A stretch of 64,000 nt of DNA, taken from contig NC_045696.1 of the NCBI RefSeq assembly GCF_009834535.1, forward strand, positions 4,714,001-4,778,000, in the 5' to 3' direction. This DNA is from Camelus ferus. Lineage: Eukaryota. The position numbers and the translations under genes were made by a program. Within the stretch, counting starts at the first letter, position 1; every line of letters starts with the position of its first letter. The notes under the pieces were generated by a model. That model was not told where the DNA came from. It ran no database searches and worked only from the letters and a program-made list of their open reading frames with translations. Shown piece by piece: positions 1 through 13,900 of this stretch.

Positions 1-664
1 CCTCCCTCATCCTGCCCCTTCCCAGTCTCAGATGGCAGGTAACAGCAGCACATGCGGTGAGGATGCAGCATCGTGGTACAGCCTTCCAGTCCAGCCCACC
101 CCGCCCTGGGGCACCTTCTCCATCCCTCCTCCCACCTCTCCTCAGACCATACTGGGTGGAAGTTCCACAAGGGCAGAGACCATGGAGAGTTCAGGGTGGA
201 CCTCATCAGGTAGCTTTTTAAAAATGCATCGATTCAATCTTCATTTAGATTTTATGAAAATAGAGCACACATGAGAGATGTCAAGAAGCCTATTGATTTT
301 ATGTGCACTGACCAGCAATTTTCTTCTTATCAGAGATGTTTATTGAAACATAGGCTTTAATTTCTTAAGACAACACCATACTTTAATCAGTCCCACACAG
401 CTCTCAATTCAGGTGCCGGAATGTGAGTGAAGAAAACGTCCTTGAGAAAGTAGATTACACTTCCCATTGCCTTTCACTTTTCACTTTAACCCAGGCAACC
501 GCAAGGATGGAGGCCCTGATGGTGCGCGAAGCGCCCGGGGACCTTACTCCTGGACGCCCTTTCTCTGTCTGGGAATGGGTCTGCCATGCGAGCTTTGGTG
601 GGAGGGGGGACACAGTAGAAGGTGAGTTAGCAGAGTCAGTTTCCAGGTGTGAGTGCAGCTACTA

Positions 665-865
665 CTGTGGTCCTCAGCCAGGGGTGGTTTGCCCCCAGGA
701 GTCCTGTGGCAATGTCAGTAGATACTTCTGATGATCACGATTGGGAGGGAGCTGGTGGCATCTAGTGTGAAGAGATCATGGATATTGCCATCTACGATGG
801 ACAGAATGTCTCACAAAGAATTATCTGGCCCTGAATGTCTCCTGTGCCGAGGCTGAGAAATTCTG
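665..865 (+). mobile_element. MER20 (hAT-Charlie MITE)
   Basis: Colinear with recalled MER20 consensus from ctgtggtcctcagccagggg through ggcatctagtg and aaagaattatctggccc to gccgaggctgagaaattctg; about 200 bp. Confidence 0.88.
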
Positions 866-1099
866 CTCTGAGCTGCAATATATGGGAGTTGGTGAGGCCA
901 GGAAATAGGAACTTTGGGTCCATTTTGATCACAGGCCTTTGGGTGTCCAGGGTAGTGATGGTCCAGTGTCTGATGCCGGTGTTAGTCAGGGCTGGGAGTG
1001 GGCTGGCTGTGGCCTCTGGTGTTCAGTGGTGCCAGCAGCCCCTGTCCACTCTGTGACTTTCTTTTGTCCTCAGCCTTGACTTCTATCTGGCCTTCTTTT

Positions 1100-1450
1100 T
1101 TGGTGTCCTATGGCCACCCTCAAGTTTAGTGACTCATAGCTTAGGACCTAGGGGCAGTTTATTCCAGTGAGAGACTATACAACAGAGTCACTAAAGGGAA
1201 AAGACACATCGGGCAGAGTCTGGATGAGAGCTGGCACTGGCTTGCAAAGTCCTCCCCATTAATTACACAGGACACGCTTATTCCTCCGGTCATGAACTGT
1301 GTGACACGTGCCAAGTTGCCCAGAGGGGGAAGCCCGCTTCAGTCTTGGAGTCAGCGCTTTTGGGGGGCTGCTCACATGGTCACATACCACCAGAAGAAAA
1401 GCTGGTGGCCACCGTGTATCATAATGTTGGTGCAGATGACCCAAACCCCT
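1100..1450. mobile_element. MER21-family LTR fragment
   Basis: aaagggaaaagacacatcgggcagagtctgga...acacaggacacgcttattcctcc...ttttgggggctgctcacat resembles the MER21 core. Confidence 0.7.
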
Positions 1451-2714
1451 GGCGGTGAGGTCGGGACCTGGTTAATGGGCTTCTCTCAAGTTCTCTGGGG
1501 GTTACCAGTCAGTGTGGTGTGCTTTCCTCCTTGGGCAGGACCAATTTTGAGGGCTCAGAGAGACTTTTTCTTCATGTGCAGGAGAGGTAATATGTTCCCC
1601 AAATTTTGATTATGTCACACTTATTCCTTTTCTAATTATCCCTTATTTGTTCAATATAAGATCATAAATTCTGACAAACAATCAGCGAAAGGGCATCAAG
1701 TGATGCACTTCATTTTAATTGGCTTGCCTTTTTTTCTTCTCTGCTAAATTATAGCCCATCAGCAAGAGGTTCCCTGTGGTGAGCAGCTAATAATACGCCC
1801 AGGTGCAGTCAATTTTACTTCAAAAGTAAGAAATAATAGCTACAGATCCCCTGAATGTGAAGTGGAAAAGTGGGCCGTCATACCTCCTCTCAGCAGTACT
1901 GCATGCAGGGGCAAGTTCTACATCCAGATCGCCGTTCTAGCAATTTTCCTTTAAAAATGTGATTGCAATTAATTATACTGATGAATTTAAAACAGTAGCC
2001 TTCACTGATGCAAGAAAGTTTTCTTAGAAACTTCTGAGAAATCTCTTGCTTAACTTAGCATTGCACTTCACACACAAAAAGCTTCTTTAAGAATTAGGAA
2101 TATAAAACCACTAAGAATAGACAGAAGCAAAAATATCACTGTTGAGTGACTCAATTAAACAAAATTCTGTTACATTTATTTTCCAAAATGGTGCTAGGAT
2201 ATGGCTTTGCATTGATGTACTGACTCCAGGCAAATGCACCCAATGGAAAATCAGTTGTTCGGAACTCTCTTCCCTCTCACCACTTCACTGCTAATAACAC
2301 TTGTTCCCACTTAAAAAACATTTTAGTAGTTTGTAATTAGGCACGAGGTGAAAGTAAATGTTATATTTTTTCTAGATTGCTTTCATTATTTCTTAAGCCA
2401 GCCAACCCTGGAAGTATAGTTTTCAATAAGCCCAAATAGCTTCTTCCTGAGAATGGAATGATGGGTGTTTTACCCTGATGTACTGCCATCTGTTCATATC
2501 ATTTCTGTGTTGTTTTCATGGCCAAGTAGCCACTGGCGCTCTTGAGACCCCTGAAAACATGGGGGAAGTAGCAAAGGAAAGAGAATCAAAGATCCTTATC
2601 TTAGTGTTCTAACTCAAAAAGAAAAAATTATGGAGAAGAAAGCAAAAATGAAGAAAAGGACACATGTTGCTGAATCAAGGCACACGGGGTTTCCAGTTCT
2701 GCCTCCTCAATGTG

Positions 2715-2845
2715 ACTTACTTCAGCCACTTCCCTCCTCACCCACTGCCACTTTCTGGCTCAGCTACCTTTTTCCACGTGTGTCCTTATTCCCTTGGAGT
2801 CCACCTCCACACGTAGCCAAAGGGATCATCAAAACCATCCAGTCA
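2715..2845 (+). mobile_element. L2 fragment, 5' of the MLT1 insertion
   Basis: cccactgccact...tccacacgtagccaaagggatcatc is typical of the L2 3' region and continues after 3390. Confidence 0.5.
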
Positions 2846-3390
2846 CCCACTGCTGTGTAACAACCATCTCCAAAATTGGTGGCTTAAAATAACGACCATT
2901 TACTATGTTTACCATGATCGTGAAATTTGGGCAGGGCTTAGTAGAGCAACTCACCTCCTCTCTGAGATGTGTGGGACTCAGCTGGGATGGCATGAATGAC
3001 TAGTAGAAGGGAAATCTGTTCTCTCCTTGGGGCAAGGCTGATTTGGGGACTTGTAGGAACTGTTCTTAGTCATGAGCTGACCTCCCTTTCTCTCCTTCTC
3101 TCTTCAGCTCATTGCCTTATGTCCTTTGCACATGGTACTTGAGTAGGGCTCTCTTGCAGTAGTCTGTCTCTCACACCATGGTTCAGAGCTTAGCAGAGAG
3201 TATTCCCAAAGACCAGGGTGAAGCCGTAAGGCTTCTTATGAAATGGCCTTGGAAATGCCCAGAACTTCATCTCTACTGAATTCTCTTGGTCAAGCATTAA
3301 GATCAACTTGGATTCAAAGAGAAAGGAGTTAGATCCCAGCTCTCAATGAGAGGTGTAGCAAATAATGTGAGCTGTCTTTCATTTCTCACA
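2846..3390 (-). mobile_element. MLT1 (MaLR) solo LTR, MLT1F/G/H-like, inserted in L2
   Basis: tgctgtgtaacaaccatctccaaaattggtggcttaaaataac is the reverse complement of the MLT1 3' end; later ctcttggtcaagc...gattcaaagag. Confidence 0.78.
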
Positions 3391-3868
3391 AAAACACGTT
3401 GGATGGTGTCACTCTCTGGCTTAAACCCCTCCAAGGCTTCCCATTGCTTTATAGACACAATCTAACACTGTCCTGAAATGCGACATGTTCCTGCTGACCA
3501 GCCTCATCTCAGAGGGCTCCGCCAGACTCTGCTCTCTGTATTTCAGTATCCCAATGTTTATTTCCTTGAACTATAATGGTTTTTCCAACCTCATGATCTT
3601 CTCTTTGTGTGCTGTCTAACTAAAGCCAAAATATCTTCCAGGTGTCCATTTAAATGCCACTTGTTGGGGAAGCCTTCATTGGCCCCCAGGAGCAATCAGA
3701 CTTCTCTCTCATATCCTTTCTCAGCACTTGGTGTTGTTAAATGCTTAAATCGTGGAATTTAGTGCTTGTATTCCTCATGGGAGTGAAAGCTCATGAAGGA
3801 AGGGTGTTCTTATGATGTCCAGTACTATTTCTCTAGCACCTAGCACAAATAAATATTTATTAAATGAG
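3391..3868 (+). mobile_element. L2 3' end
   Basis: ttaaacccctccaaggcttcccattgc...tctagcacctagcaca...aataaatatttattaaatga. Confidence 0.75.
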
Positions 3869-3954
3869 TCAACATCACATTACCCCAAATCCAGAAATAG
3901 TGCCTATCTGTGCATCCCAAATTATACCAATTTTGTGCAACAGTTGTCTCCATG

Positions 3955-4276
3955 TACCATCCAGTGGGGTAGCCATGGCCTCTTGTGATGCTGCACTGAA
4001 CACTGGAAACATGGCTGGTCTGAAGGTGAGTGTTGTAAATGTAAACCATATTTCGAAGATACAGTACAACAAAAGAGAACTTAAGTTATTTCATTAATAA
4101 TATTTTATATAAATTGCATGTTGAAATGGTAATAATTTTTCGAATACCAGGTCAGTGAAATATACTATTAAAATTAAATTCATCCATTTATTTTCTACAT
4201 TTTAATGTGGCTTTCTTAAAATCCAAAATCACATACATGGTTCTCATTTGTGGATCACGTCATATTTCTAATGCTG
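3955..4276. mobile_element. MER33 (hAT-Charlie)
   Basis: atttcgaagatacagtac...gcatgttgaaatggtaata...ttttaatgtggct...catatttcta; about 320 bp. Confidence 0.8.
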
Positions 4277-4284
4277 TTCTAGAC

Positions 4285-4490
4285 AGGATTCTGGGATGAC
4301 ATATACTTGAAGAAATGCTGCAAACACTCATTCTCTGGACGGTTTATAATGAACATGGCAAAGGCACTGAGAAGTCCTGGGACAAGATACATGTTTACTT
4401 TAACCTAATTTTTTTTGAAGTGATTTGGGATCTGTTCTTTTCAGCATCATGTATATTTGTCTTCCATGAAACACACTTAGGGGAACTTGG
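4285..4490. mobile_element. MER103-like old hAT-Charlie fragment
   Basis: aaaggcactgagaagtcctg...tgtttactttaacc...catgaaacacactt. Confidence 0.5.
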
Positions 4491-5155
4491 TTAGGTACCT
4501 GCTCCAAGGTGGCTTAATTTGAAGGCATGGGCATGGTTCGAGCAATACTTAATCTCATTACGGAAATTAGAAGCAGAGCCTACTGAAGGGCCTCCTTGTT
4601 GGGAGGAGGGGCCGTGCAGGAGAGAGCCAGATACAAGGGCTCTCCCAGAGTTGCACAAAGCATGTGTGTTCTGGGTGCTGGAAGTTATATCTGCTCTGAG
4701 GTGGACAGAGTTTTGCCAGCGCCAGGGCTTTGGGCTGCCCATACTGGGCTCTTCACAGAGGTCTGGGCTGTTTCTTAGTTTGCTTTATTTCTCTAGTTTG
4801 CTTTAGTTTGCTGAAGAGGCAAATCAAAGCCAGGTACAACTTCAGATGTGTACTGTGCATGGAGAGGAGTGTTCAAGAGATGAGGCGTGGAGGGAAGAAA
4901 TGTAGGGTGTGTTACAGTGAACCCGCCATGTTGCCCTGCAGTTCTTTCTACCGTAAATGGTGGGGTTTCCTCACTGGGCATTCCAAATTTAGTTCTTAAC
5001 TGGGAAGACAAGAGACATAAATGTGCCATTGCTCAACCCAGAATCCTCAGGATTGCCTTGGACTATGTCCTGAGCCCCATTTTTGTTTAAAGATGTTTGG
5101 TCCTCATGAAAGGTGTTCTGCAGCCCTTTGAGCCTGGGATATAGTCCATCTCCCC

Positions 5156-5219
5156 ATATAGTAATTATATTACTATATTATATCTATATAGTAATTATAT
5201 TACTATAATTATAGTAATA
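5156..5219. repeat. AT-rich nested palindrome and tandem duplication
   Basis: atatagtaat-tat-attactata(t) occurs twice (5156-5178 and 5186-5207); perfect 22-bp palindrome tattactataattatagtaata at 5198-5219. Confidence 0.9.
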
Positions 5220-6316
5220 AGGAAGTTTTGTTAGCATTTTATAAATCAGTCCCACGAGCACTGTGACCCTCTTTGATAGACTATTACCAGAATCATCCTG
5301 CTTTAAGAGCGCTGAGAGGAAAGAATTCTAATCTGAGCTTGAGGGGCTCTTGACAGTCTCATTTCCTTCTGTTCATCCTGAGACTAACTTTTCCCAGGTA
5401 AGCTCTGCTTACCCCCTTTGTCAAAGACAACACTGGCCTCCCCCTCAGCACCTAATTCCAATGAAACGTTCCAATTTTAGAGCTTTCCTTCCCCTTCAGT
5501 CATCATCTCCAATGTCATTTTTGCCCCTTTCTTTAACAAATCTCTCCTGTTCCCAAATCATCTTCCTTTTCTCACTGAGTTTCGGATTACCTCCCCACTG
5601 TGTGATTAGAAAGAATGCTTCATTTTGTTGTTCTACACAGAGCAGAGATGCAAACCATTTCCTTTGAGCATAAATCTTAATTTCCATCTTTCCTATAAAT
5701 CATAAATAACCCTAGCCCAAATATCATCATACATCAGAAGAAAGAAAGCCAGGAAGAGCATAATAAAAAGTATTAATTGATAACTAACCAGGTGTTCTGT
5801 CTTGCTTCAGTATAAATTTTACGACATCAACTTTGCTTAATTGCTTCTTCTGGCATTTAAAATTCCAAATGATGTGCGTATTTTAACACTTTCTAGACCC
5901 AGTTGGAAAGAATTCTCTGATTTACAAATCTGAAACAATTCATTATATTCAAAATATTTTACACAGAAAGAAGATGAGAATTGCACTGGGTGTGAACCAA
6001 TGATAGCCCCTAGAATGAATAATCTAAATTTAAGGAAGAAGAGAAAAAAACATGGCCTAGTATCCTTATAACCAAAAAATGCTGCATCATTTAAGAAAAT
6101 TCAAAATTTAACTTCTTAATATGTAAGATTATTATTTAAGTTTGTCAACAAATAAATCATTATTTTTCAGATTTAGTTCCATTAAACACTTCTCTGGGAG
6201 AATTTGGAATTTGTGCATTTGAATATGGGCTTTGACGATAATGGATCTGAAAATTACTTCAGAACAGAGATCTCTTTTTGAGAGTGCAACGCATAAAGCC
6301 CAGTAAAAGTGCTGAG

Positions 6317-6523
6317 AGCCACTGTGGAGAACAGGATGGAGGTTCCTTACAAAACTAAAACTAGACTTACCACTTGATCCAGCAGTCCCACTCCTGGGCA
6401 GATATTCGGAGAAAACTCTAACTTGAAAACATACATGCACCCCAGTGTTCATAGCAGCATGATTTACAATAGCCAAGACATGGAAGCAAACTAAATGTTT
6501 AGCAAACTAAATAAAGAAGATGT

Positions 6524-6559
<36 letters not shown>

Positions 6560-6987
6560 GGTTATTAACAACATTAAAAAAGAATGAAAATAATGCCATT
6601 TGCAGCAACATAGGTGGACCTAGAGATTATTATACTAAGTGAAGTAAGTCAGACAAATGTCATATATCACTTATGTGTGGAATCTGAAAAAAAATGATAC
6701 AAATGAACTCATTTACAAAACAGAAATCAACTCACAGACATACAAAACAAACATGATTACAAAGGGGAAAGGAGATGAGAGGATAAATTAGGAGTTTGAA
6801 ATTAACAGATTCTACTATAGAAAATAAACAACAGGGTCCTACTGTATAGCACAGGGAACTATATTCAGTATCTTATAATAATCTATAATGGAAAAGAATC
6901 TGAAAAAGAATATGTGTGTGTGTCTGTATAACTGAATCACTTTCCTGTGCACCAAAAACTAACACAACTGTACTTCAATTAAAAAAC
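6317..6987 (+). mobile_element. 5'-truncated L1 (ORF2 C-terminus plus 3'UTR), inserted in a MER103-like element
   Basis: agccactgtggagaacagg...acatgcaccccagtgttcatagcagc...cacagggaactatattcag...A tail; imperfect TSD aagtgctgagag (6307-6318) / aagtgctctgagag (6988-7001); internal (TG)n at about 6526-6556. Confidence 0.92.
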
Positions 6988-7758
6988 AAGTGCTCTGAGA
7001 GTTTGTAGTAAAAATGCCTATTTAATTATATCTAACCTGCATTTCCAAAACCTGTTTGGGCATAAAACAATTTGTTTTGAGCCATATCTTATTTTTTCTC
7101 AGACTGCCTGTTGAGGAAATGCTAAATTATACATTGATGCCTGGTGTGGGATGGGATGGTTTCTTTTTGTTACTCTGCTCAGCAGACCCAGCCATTTCTC
7201 CTTAATTTTACTGAATGCATTTAATCACAGATATTTTGTTGTCCATTCTGGCTTAAAATATATTTTTGAAATATCAGTTTTCATACCTAACTCTGTTAAA
7301 AAATACTTCTATGGAATTCCAAAATTATAGCAATGATTATATATAATGTCACCGCACCAGGTTTTTAGGACCATTCTTTGTACTGCTGTTGATAAGAACA
7401 TATTTCTGTAGAGTTCATTATGATGGTGTATAGTTCATCATTAGTCTCTTCTGACCATTTGTGGTGGTTTTTAGAGTTGACACAGCTCTCTTTTGAAGAA
7501 CTCCAAGTCAAAGGATTAGAATAGAAGGTTCTTATTTATGGCAATGGGAGCCCTCCCACAACCCGTCCTCCCCACTGAAATCTCCACATTCCTCACTGCC
7601 CCTCCACCGTCAGATCTATCAGTCTCCTTGGGCATGGTCTCTGTACCACTGCCTTCCCTGTTCAGGACAGCGCACAGTGAAAGAGACCTGCCTGGGCGAG
7701 ACTAGTCTCACCACTCGCTTATTTTCATTTTGCCCCTAAAAGACTTCATATTGCTTTC

Positions 7759-9751
7759 CTTTTTTTAAGCATTTTTTATTGAGTTATAGTCATTTTACAA
7801 TGTTGTGTCAAATTCCAATGTAGAGCACAGTTTTTCAGTTATACATGAACATACGTATATTCATTGTCACATTTTGTTTTTTGCTGTGATCTACCACAAG
7901 ATCTTGTATATATTTCCTTGTGCTATACATTATAATCTTGTCTATCTATTCTACATATGTCTGTCAGTATCCACAAATTTTGAACTCCCTGTCTATTCCT
8001 TCCCACCCCCAGCACCCTTGGCAACCACAAGTTTGTATTCTATGTCTATGAGTCTGTTTCTGTTTTGTATTTATGTTCTTTTTTTTTTTTTTTTTTTTTT
8101 TTAAGATTCCACATATGAGTGATCTCATATGGTTTTTTTTCTTTTGCTTTCTGGCTTACTTCACTTAGAATGACATTTTCCAGGGACATCCATGTTGTTG
8201 CAAATGGCGTTATGTTGTCATTTTTTATGGATGAGTAGTATTCCATTGTATAAATATACCACATCTTCTTTATCCAGTCATCTGTTGATGGACATTTAGG
8301 CTGTTTCCATGTCTTGGCTATTGTAAATAGTGCTGCTATGAACATTGGGGTGCAGGTGTCTTTTTGAGGTAGGGTTCCTTCTGGATATATGCCCAGGAGC
8401 GGGATTACTGGGTCATATGGTAAGTCTATTCCTTGTCTTTTGAGGAATCTCCATACTGTTTTCCACAGTGGCTGCACCAAACTGCATTCCGACCAGCAGT
8501 GTAGGAAGGTTCCCTTTTCTCCACAGCCTCTCCAGTATTTGTCATTTCATGTGCTTATTGATCATTTGTATTTCTTCCTTGGAGAATTGCTTGTTTAGGT
8601 CTTCTGCCCATTTTTGGATTGGGTTGTTTGTCTTTTTCTTATTAAGTTGTATGAGCTGCTTATATATTCTGGAGATCAAGCCTTTGTCAGTTTCATCTGC
8701 AAAAATTTTCTCCCATTCTGTAGGTTGTTTTGTTTTGCTTATTGTTTCCTTTGCTGTGTAGAAGCTTGTAAGTTTCATTAGGTCCCATTTGTTTATTCTT
8801 GCTTTTATTTCTATTGCTTGGGTAGACTGCCCTAAGAGAACATTTTTGAGATGTATGTGAGATAATATTTTGCCTATATTTTCTTCTAGAAGGTTTATTG
8901 TATCTTGTCTTATGTTTAAGTCTTTGATCCATTTTGAGTTTATTTTTGTGTATGGTGTAAGGGAGTGTTCTAGCTTCATTGCTTTACATGCTGCTGTCCA
9001 GTTTTCCCAGCACCATTTGCTGAAGAGACTGTCTTTATTCCACTGTATATTCTTGCCTCCTTTGTCGAAGATTAGTTGACCAAAAGTTTGTGGGTTCATT
9101 TCTGGGCTCTCTGTTCTGTTCCATTGGTCCATATGTCTGTTTTTGTACCAATACCAAGCTGTTTTGATTACTGTAGCTCTATAGTACTATCTGAAGTCTG
9201 GGAGAGTTATTCCTCTTTCTTTCTTTTTCTTCAGCAATTGTAGGTCTTTTGTAATTCCATATAAATTTTATTATGATTTGTTCTAATTCTGTGCAATATG
9301 TCCTGGGTAATTTGATAGGGATTGCATTAAATCTGTAAATTGCCTTGGGCAGTATGACCGTTTTAACACTGTTGATTCTTCCAATCCAGGAGCATGAGAT
9401 ATCTTTCCATTTTTTAAAGTCTTCTTTAATTTCCTTCATCAGTGTTTTGTAGTTCTCCGTGTATAAGTCTTTCACCTCTCTGGTTAGATTTATTCCTAGG
9501 TATTTTATTTGGGTGCTATTTTAAAGGGGATTGTTTCTTTACTTTCTTTTCCTGTTGATTCATCATTAGTGTAAAGAAATGCAACTAATTTTTGTATGTT
9601 AATCTTGTAACCTGCTACCTTGCTGAATTCTTCGATCAGCTCTAATAGTTTTTGTGTGGACCTTTTAAGGTTTCTATATATAGTATCATGTCATCTGTAT
9701 ATAGTGACACTTTTACCTCTTCTTTTCCAATTTGGATTCCTTTTATATCTC
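7759..9751 (-). mobile_element. Young 5'-truncated L1, about 2 kb, with frameshifted ORF2 C-terminal half
   Basis: ORFs 9179-9475, 8542-9132 and 8046-8480 translate to L1 ORF2 ([45 protein letters not shown]); perfect 13-bp TSD tcatattgctttc at 7746-7758 and 9752-9764. Confidence 0.97.
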
Positions 9752-10224
9752 TCATATTGCTTTCTAGTAAGCTGAAATCCCTGGAAAGATGAAAATGCTT
9801 CTAGACCAATTTAGAATTAAGCAGGATTATGTTACACAGGGCAGTCAGAATTGTGACTGCTTTATTGGTTCTTTGCTGATTAAGTGAAATATAATTGTGC
9901 TCTCTGAAAAAAAATTAAAATTATGAAGTTAGTTGATTTTGAAAAGCTACCTAGAATTGTATGCCTGGGAATTATTGATATCAGTGAAAGAAAATGGCAC
10001 AGTGGCCAGGAGTAAATAAGGAGCAGGGAGACTTTAATTCCATGGAGGCTAAATGGTGCATTTCATGTGAACTGTGAGCTGACCCAGAGAAGTGGTCTAC
10101 TTGGCCATCCCTGGCTGAGTGATGCTGAACAAGTTCTTTAACTCCCAGGTTTTCTTCTGGCAAACCTGCGGGTAGACCTAGATTGGAGGACCAGTTCAAC
10201 CAAGAGCCAGGTTCAGCAGCTAGA

Positions 10225-10725
10225 ATATTTGTGTTTGAGCTACACAATGTTTACCTGTATGATGCTTAAAAGTTTAGTTGTCATCATTTAAAGTTGTTAG
10301 AGTACCACACAATCTAGACTTTTATTCTTCTTGAAAAACTAAGTCTGGAGATGCAGTCTTACTCCCACCAGGCAGCAACTGGCTGGGCTCTAGTGCTCTC
10401 CTCTGCCGTTTATCAAATTCCCCACCACCCCCGGGTGTCCCTGACACTCAGACATAGTAGCAGTCACCATTTACCTTCACAAGGTGCTGCCGTTTTCCTA
10501 TAGTAATTTAGAAGGATTAAGTGATCTGCGGTACCCACATTTCTATGCAAAGCAAAATATTTGTTTCAAGAAAAATGAGATAGAGTGTATTTTTTTCTGT
10601 GTGGACATAAAAATAAGTGTTTCATATATAACTCGAGTCTTTGTTTTTTATTTAAAACCCACTGAAGTTTGCTCATGTTTGCTATCGTATTGTCCCCTGA
10701 TCAAATTTCAGTTTGTGGCCTTTAG
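10225..10725. mobile_element. Charlie7-like hAT element
   Basis: ccccaccacc...ccctgacact...caccattta...gttttcctatagta resembles Charlie7. Confidence 0.6.
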
Positions 10726-10732
10726 TCTAGAG

Positions 10733-10950
10733 CAGGGGGTACCAAACTGTGGCCCACAGGCCAAATTCAGCCTGCCACCTGTTTCTGTAGATAAATTTTT
10801 ATTGGGACACAGCTGTGCCCATTTATTTGCATATTGTCTGTAGCTGTTTTCACATTCCAACTGTAGAGTTAAGTAGCCGCAGTAAAGACTGCGTATCTTA
10901 CAAAGCCTAAACTCTTATTATTTGGCCCTCTACTGAAAAAGTTTGCTGAC
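10733..10950 (+). mobile_element. MER58A (hAT-Charlie), 3' TIR interrupted by L1
   Basis: cagggggtaccaaactgtggcccacaggccaaattcagcc...aaagcctaaa...aaaaagtttgctgac; terminal ccctg missing here. Confidence 0.9.
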
Positions 10951-13900
10951 TTTCACTTTCAGCTCTGACATGTATAAAGCCTGGAGGTTATCCTTTATTC
11001 CCTCACAACAAGAAAAAAGCTGAACAAACTAAAAATCAGTGTCTTAGATCCATCAGAGAATTGAGGTCACAGGGCAAACCACCACTCTGAAATCTGGGGA
11101 GGCCCAGAGAATGACAGCCATGATCAGCTTATTGGGAACAGAACTAGCAGGAACACTTACTTGGTAAGTGTGACAAATCGCTGGCAACTAAATGTGGATG
11201 GCTTGAGAATTAAAATTTCCCAGGAGCCCTATATTTTCCTGAGTTTTACCTCTAGGCACCTCATCATGTTCACACCTGAAGGCCAGAGTAAAAACCCCTT
11301 TTGTTTTAAGCAAATAGAAGGTCACCATTTGAAATAAGCCCAGTGCCTTCTCAATCAGAAAGCCCTATCTTCCTACAGAAATTACTTGATCAGAGGCTTG
11401 TCTGACCTGGGAAGGAGCAATTAGCCAATTGCAGCCCCCTCTGGCTTTCCTCTTATCTCACAAAAGGGGAGGTAAAATGTTTAAAACAAACAAAAACAAC
11501 AAAAACTTCTGAAGAATACAACCTAGAGACTTGGGAACAATAAAAACTGAGATTTATTCATAAGATTACAGAAAGCTTCCCCTTCCTAACACCTTCCCGC
11601 CACATCAACAGGGCTCCAAAATAGTAGCAGTGCATTACAATTGAGACAGCTATAGGACACAGACTGTATCTAAGAAGGAGTCCCTAGGGGAACACAGGAA
11701 ATAGGAGAGAAGAAAATGGAACAAGGAAATTAGAGGAAACTGAAGCCTCTGGTCAGTTACAGCTACATCCAACATTAAATACAGCACAGATCCTCAGCAG
11801 ACTCACATAAAAATTTACACTAAAAGTCTAATTATCCCAGTTTCTGTTACTTACATAACATGTCTGTCAAGAAAAAAATTACAAAGAATAAAAGACAAAT
11901 AAAAACACGTGAAGCAAAAGTCAGCACCAGACTCAGGTGTAAGGGAGCCTGAAAATATCAGAATGGAATTTAAATTAATTATGATTAATATGTTGAGGGC
12001 AATAATGGGAAAAATAGATGACATTCAGGAACAGATGGGTAATGTAAGCAGAGTGAAGGAAATTCTAAGTAAGAATCAAAAGGAAATCTTAGGAATCAAA
12101 ACCAATGCAACAGAAATGAAGAATGCCTTTGATGAGCTCATTAGTTGACTGGGTCTAGCCAAGAAAGAATCAGTGAGCTTGAAGTTATGTCAACAGAACT
12201 TCATAAACTGAAAAGCAAAGAGGAAAAAGGGGAATACCTAAGAAATATGGGAAACTTACAAAAGGCATAACACAGATATAATGTGAATACCAGAAGGCGA
12301 AGAAAGAGAAAAAGGAGCAGAAGAAATACTTGAAGAAATGATAGCTGAGAATTTTCCAAAATTAATGACACACACCAAATTACAGATCCAAGAGTTTCAG
12401 ATAACACCAAGCAGGATGAACACTAAAAATGTCTTCACCTAAGCATGTCAGATTTAAACTTCAGAAAACCAAAGAAAATGAGAAAATATTGAAAGAAGCT
12501 ATAGTTTTACGTGTAAAAGGACGAGGATAAGAATTACAATGGACTTTTGGCCACAAACTGTATAAGCAAGAGTGTGTAGTGAAATATGTAATGTAGTGAA
12601 AGAAAAAGAAATCTACCAGCATAGGATTCTAATATCCGTTAGAGTGATTTTCAACAGTGAAGGAGAAATATTTTCTTAGATAAACAAAAAACTGAGGGAA
12701 TTCATCCCCATTAAGACTGCCTCATAGAAAATATTAAAATAAGTTATTTGGCAAGAAAGAAAATGATTACGTCAGGAACTTGGATCTACTTAAAGAAAGG
12801 AGAAGCATCATGGAAGGAATAAACAATGATAAAATAACATTTTCAAGGAGAAATAGAGAAATCCACAGTTATATGGACTTTAACACCACTATCAGTGACT
12901 GACAGAGCCAGCACGCAGCAAATCAGTAAGGATATAGTTGATCCAAACAGTACCATCAATCAACTGAATGTAATTGACATTTATAGGATACTTTATCAAC
13001 AACAGCAGAATACATATTCTTTTCAAACAAATTATTCACCAAGACCACATTTTGGCCATTAAATGTACCACAGCAAATTTAAAATAGTAGAAATCATGCA
13101 TGGCCTCACACTATAATAGAATTAAACTATAATAAACTTTAATTTAATTTAATCACAGAAAAATAGCTAGAAAATTCCTAAATATTTGAAGAATAAAAAT
13201 ACATTTCTAGGTAACACATAAGTCATATAAAGGTCTTGAGATAAATTTAAATATATTTTAAACTAAATAAGAATAAAACTAAAACTTATAAAAATTTGTG
13301 GGATGCAATGAAGGCATTGCTTTAACATAACATAACTGTAACAGTGTATATATTAGAAAACAGGAAAGATCTGAAGTTAGTCATACAAGCTTCTGCCCTA
13401 GGCAAATAGAGAAAGAAGTGCAATGCAAGCCTAAAGCAAGGGAAAAATAATAAAAATTAGAGCAGAAATTATTTAAATTGAAAGCAGGAAGCCAATAGAA
13501 AAAGATCAACAAAACTAAAATCTAGTTATTTGAAAAGATCAATAAAACTGGTACACTACCTGCTAGGTTACCAAGAGAACAGAGAAAAGACACAAATTAG
13601 TAATATTAGAAATTAAAGAGAGGTCATCACCAATGTTCCTATGAACATTAAAATGATAAAGGAATATTATGAAAAACCCTATGCCACAAATTTGATAGCT
13701 CAGAGGAAATGAACTAATTCCTGGAGGAGACAAACTGCCAAAATTTGTGCAAGGAGAAGTAGATCATCTGAATAGGCCTATTTCTATTAAAGAAATTGAG
13801 TCAATAATTAATAGCCTTCTAAAAAAGATAACAGTAGGTCCAAATGGTTTCACTGGTGAATTTTACCAGCTATTTAAGGAAGAAATGATACCAATTCTCT

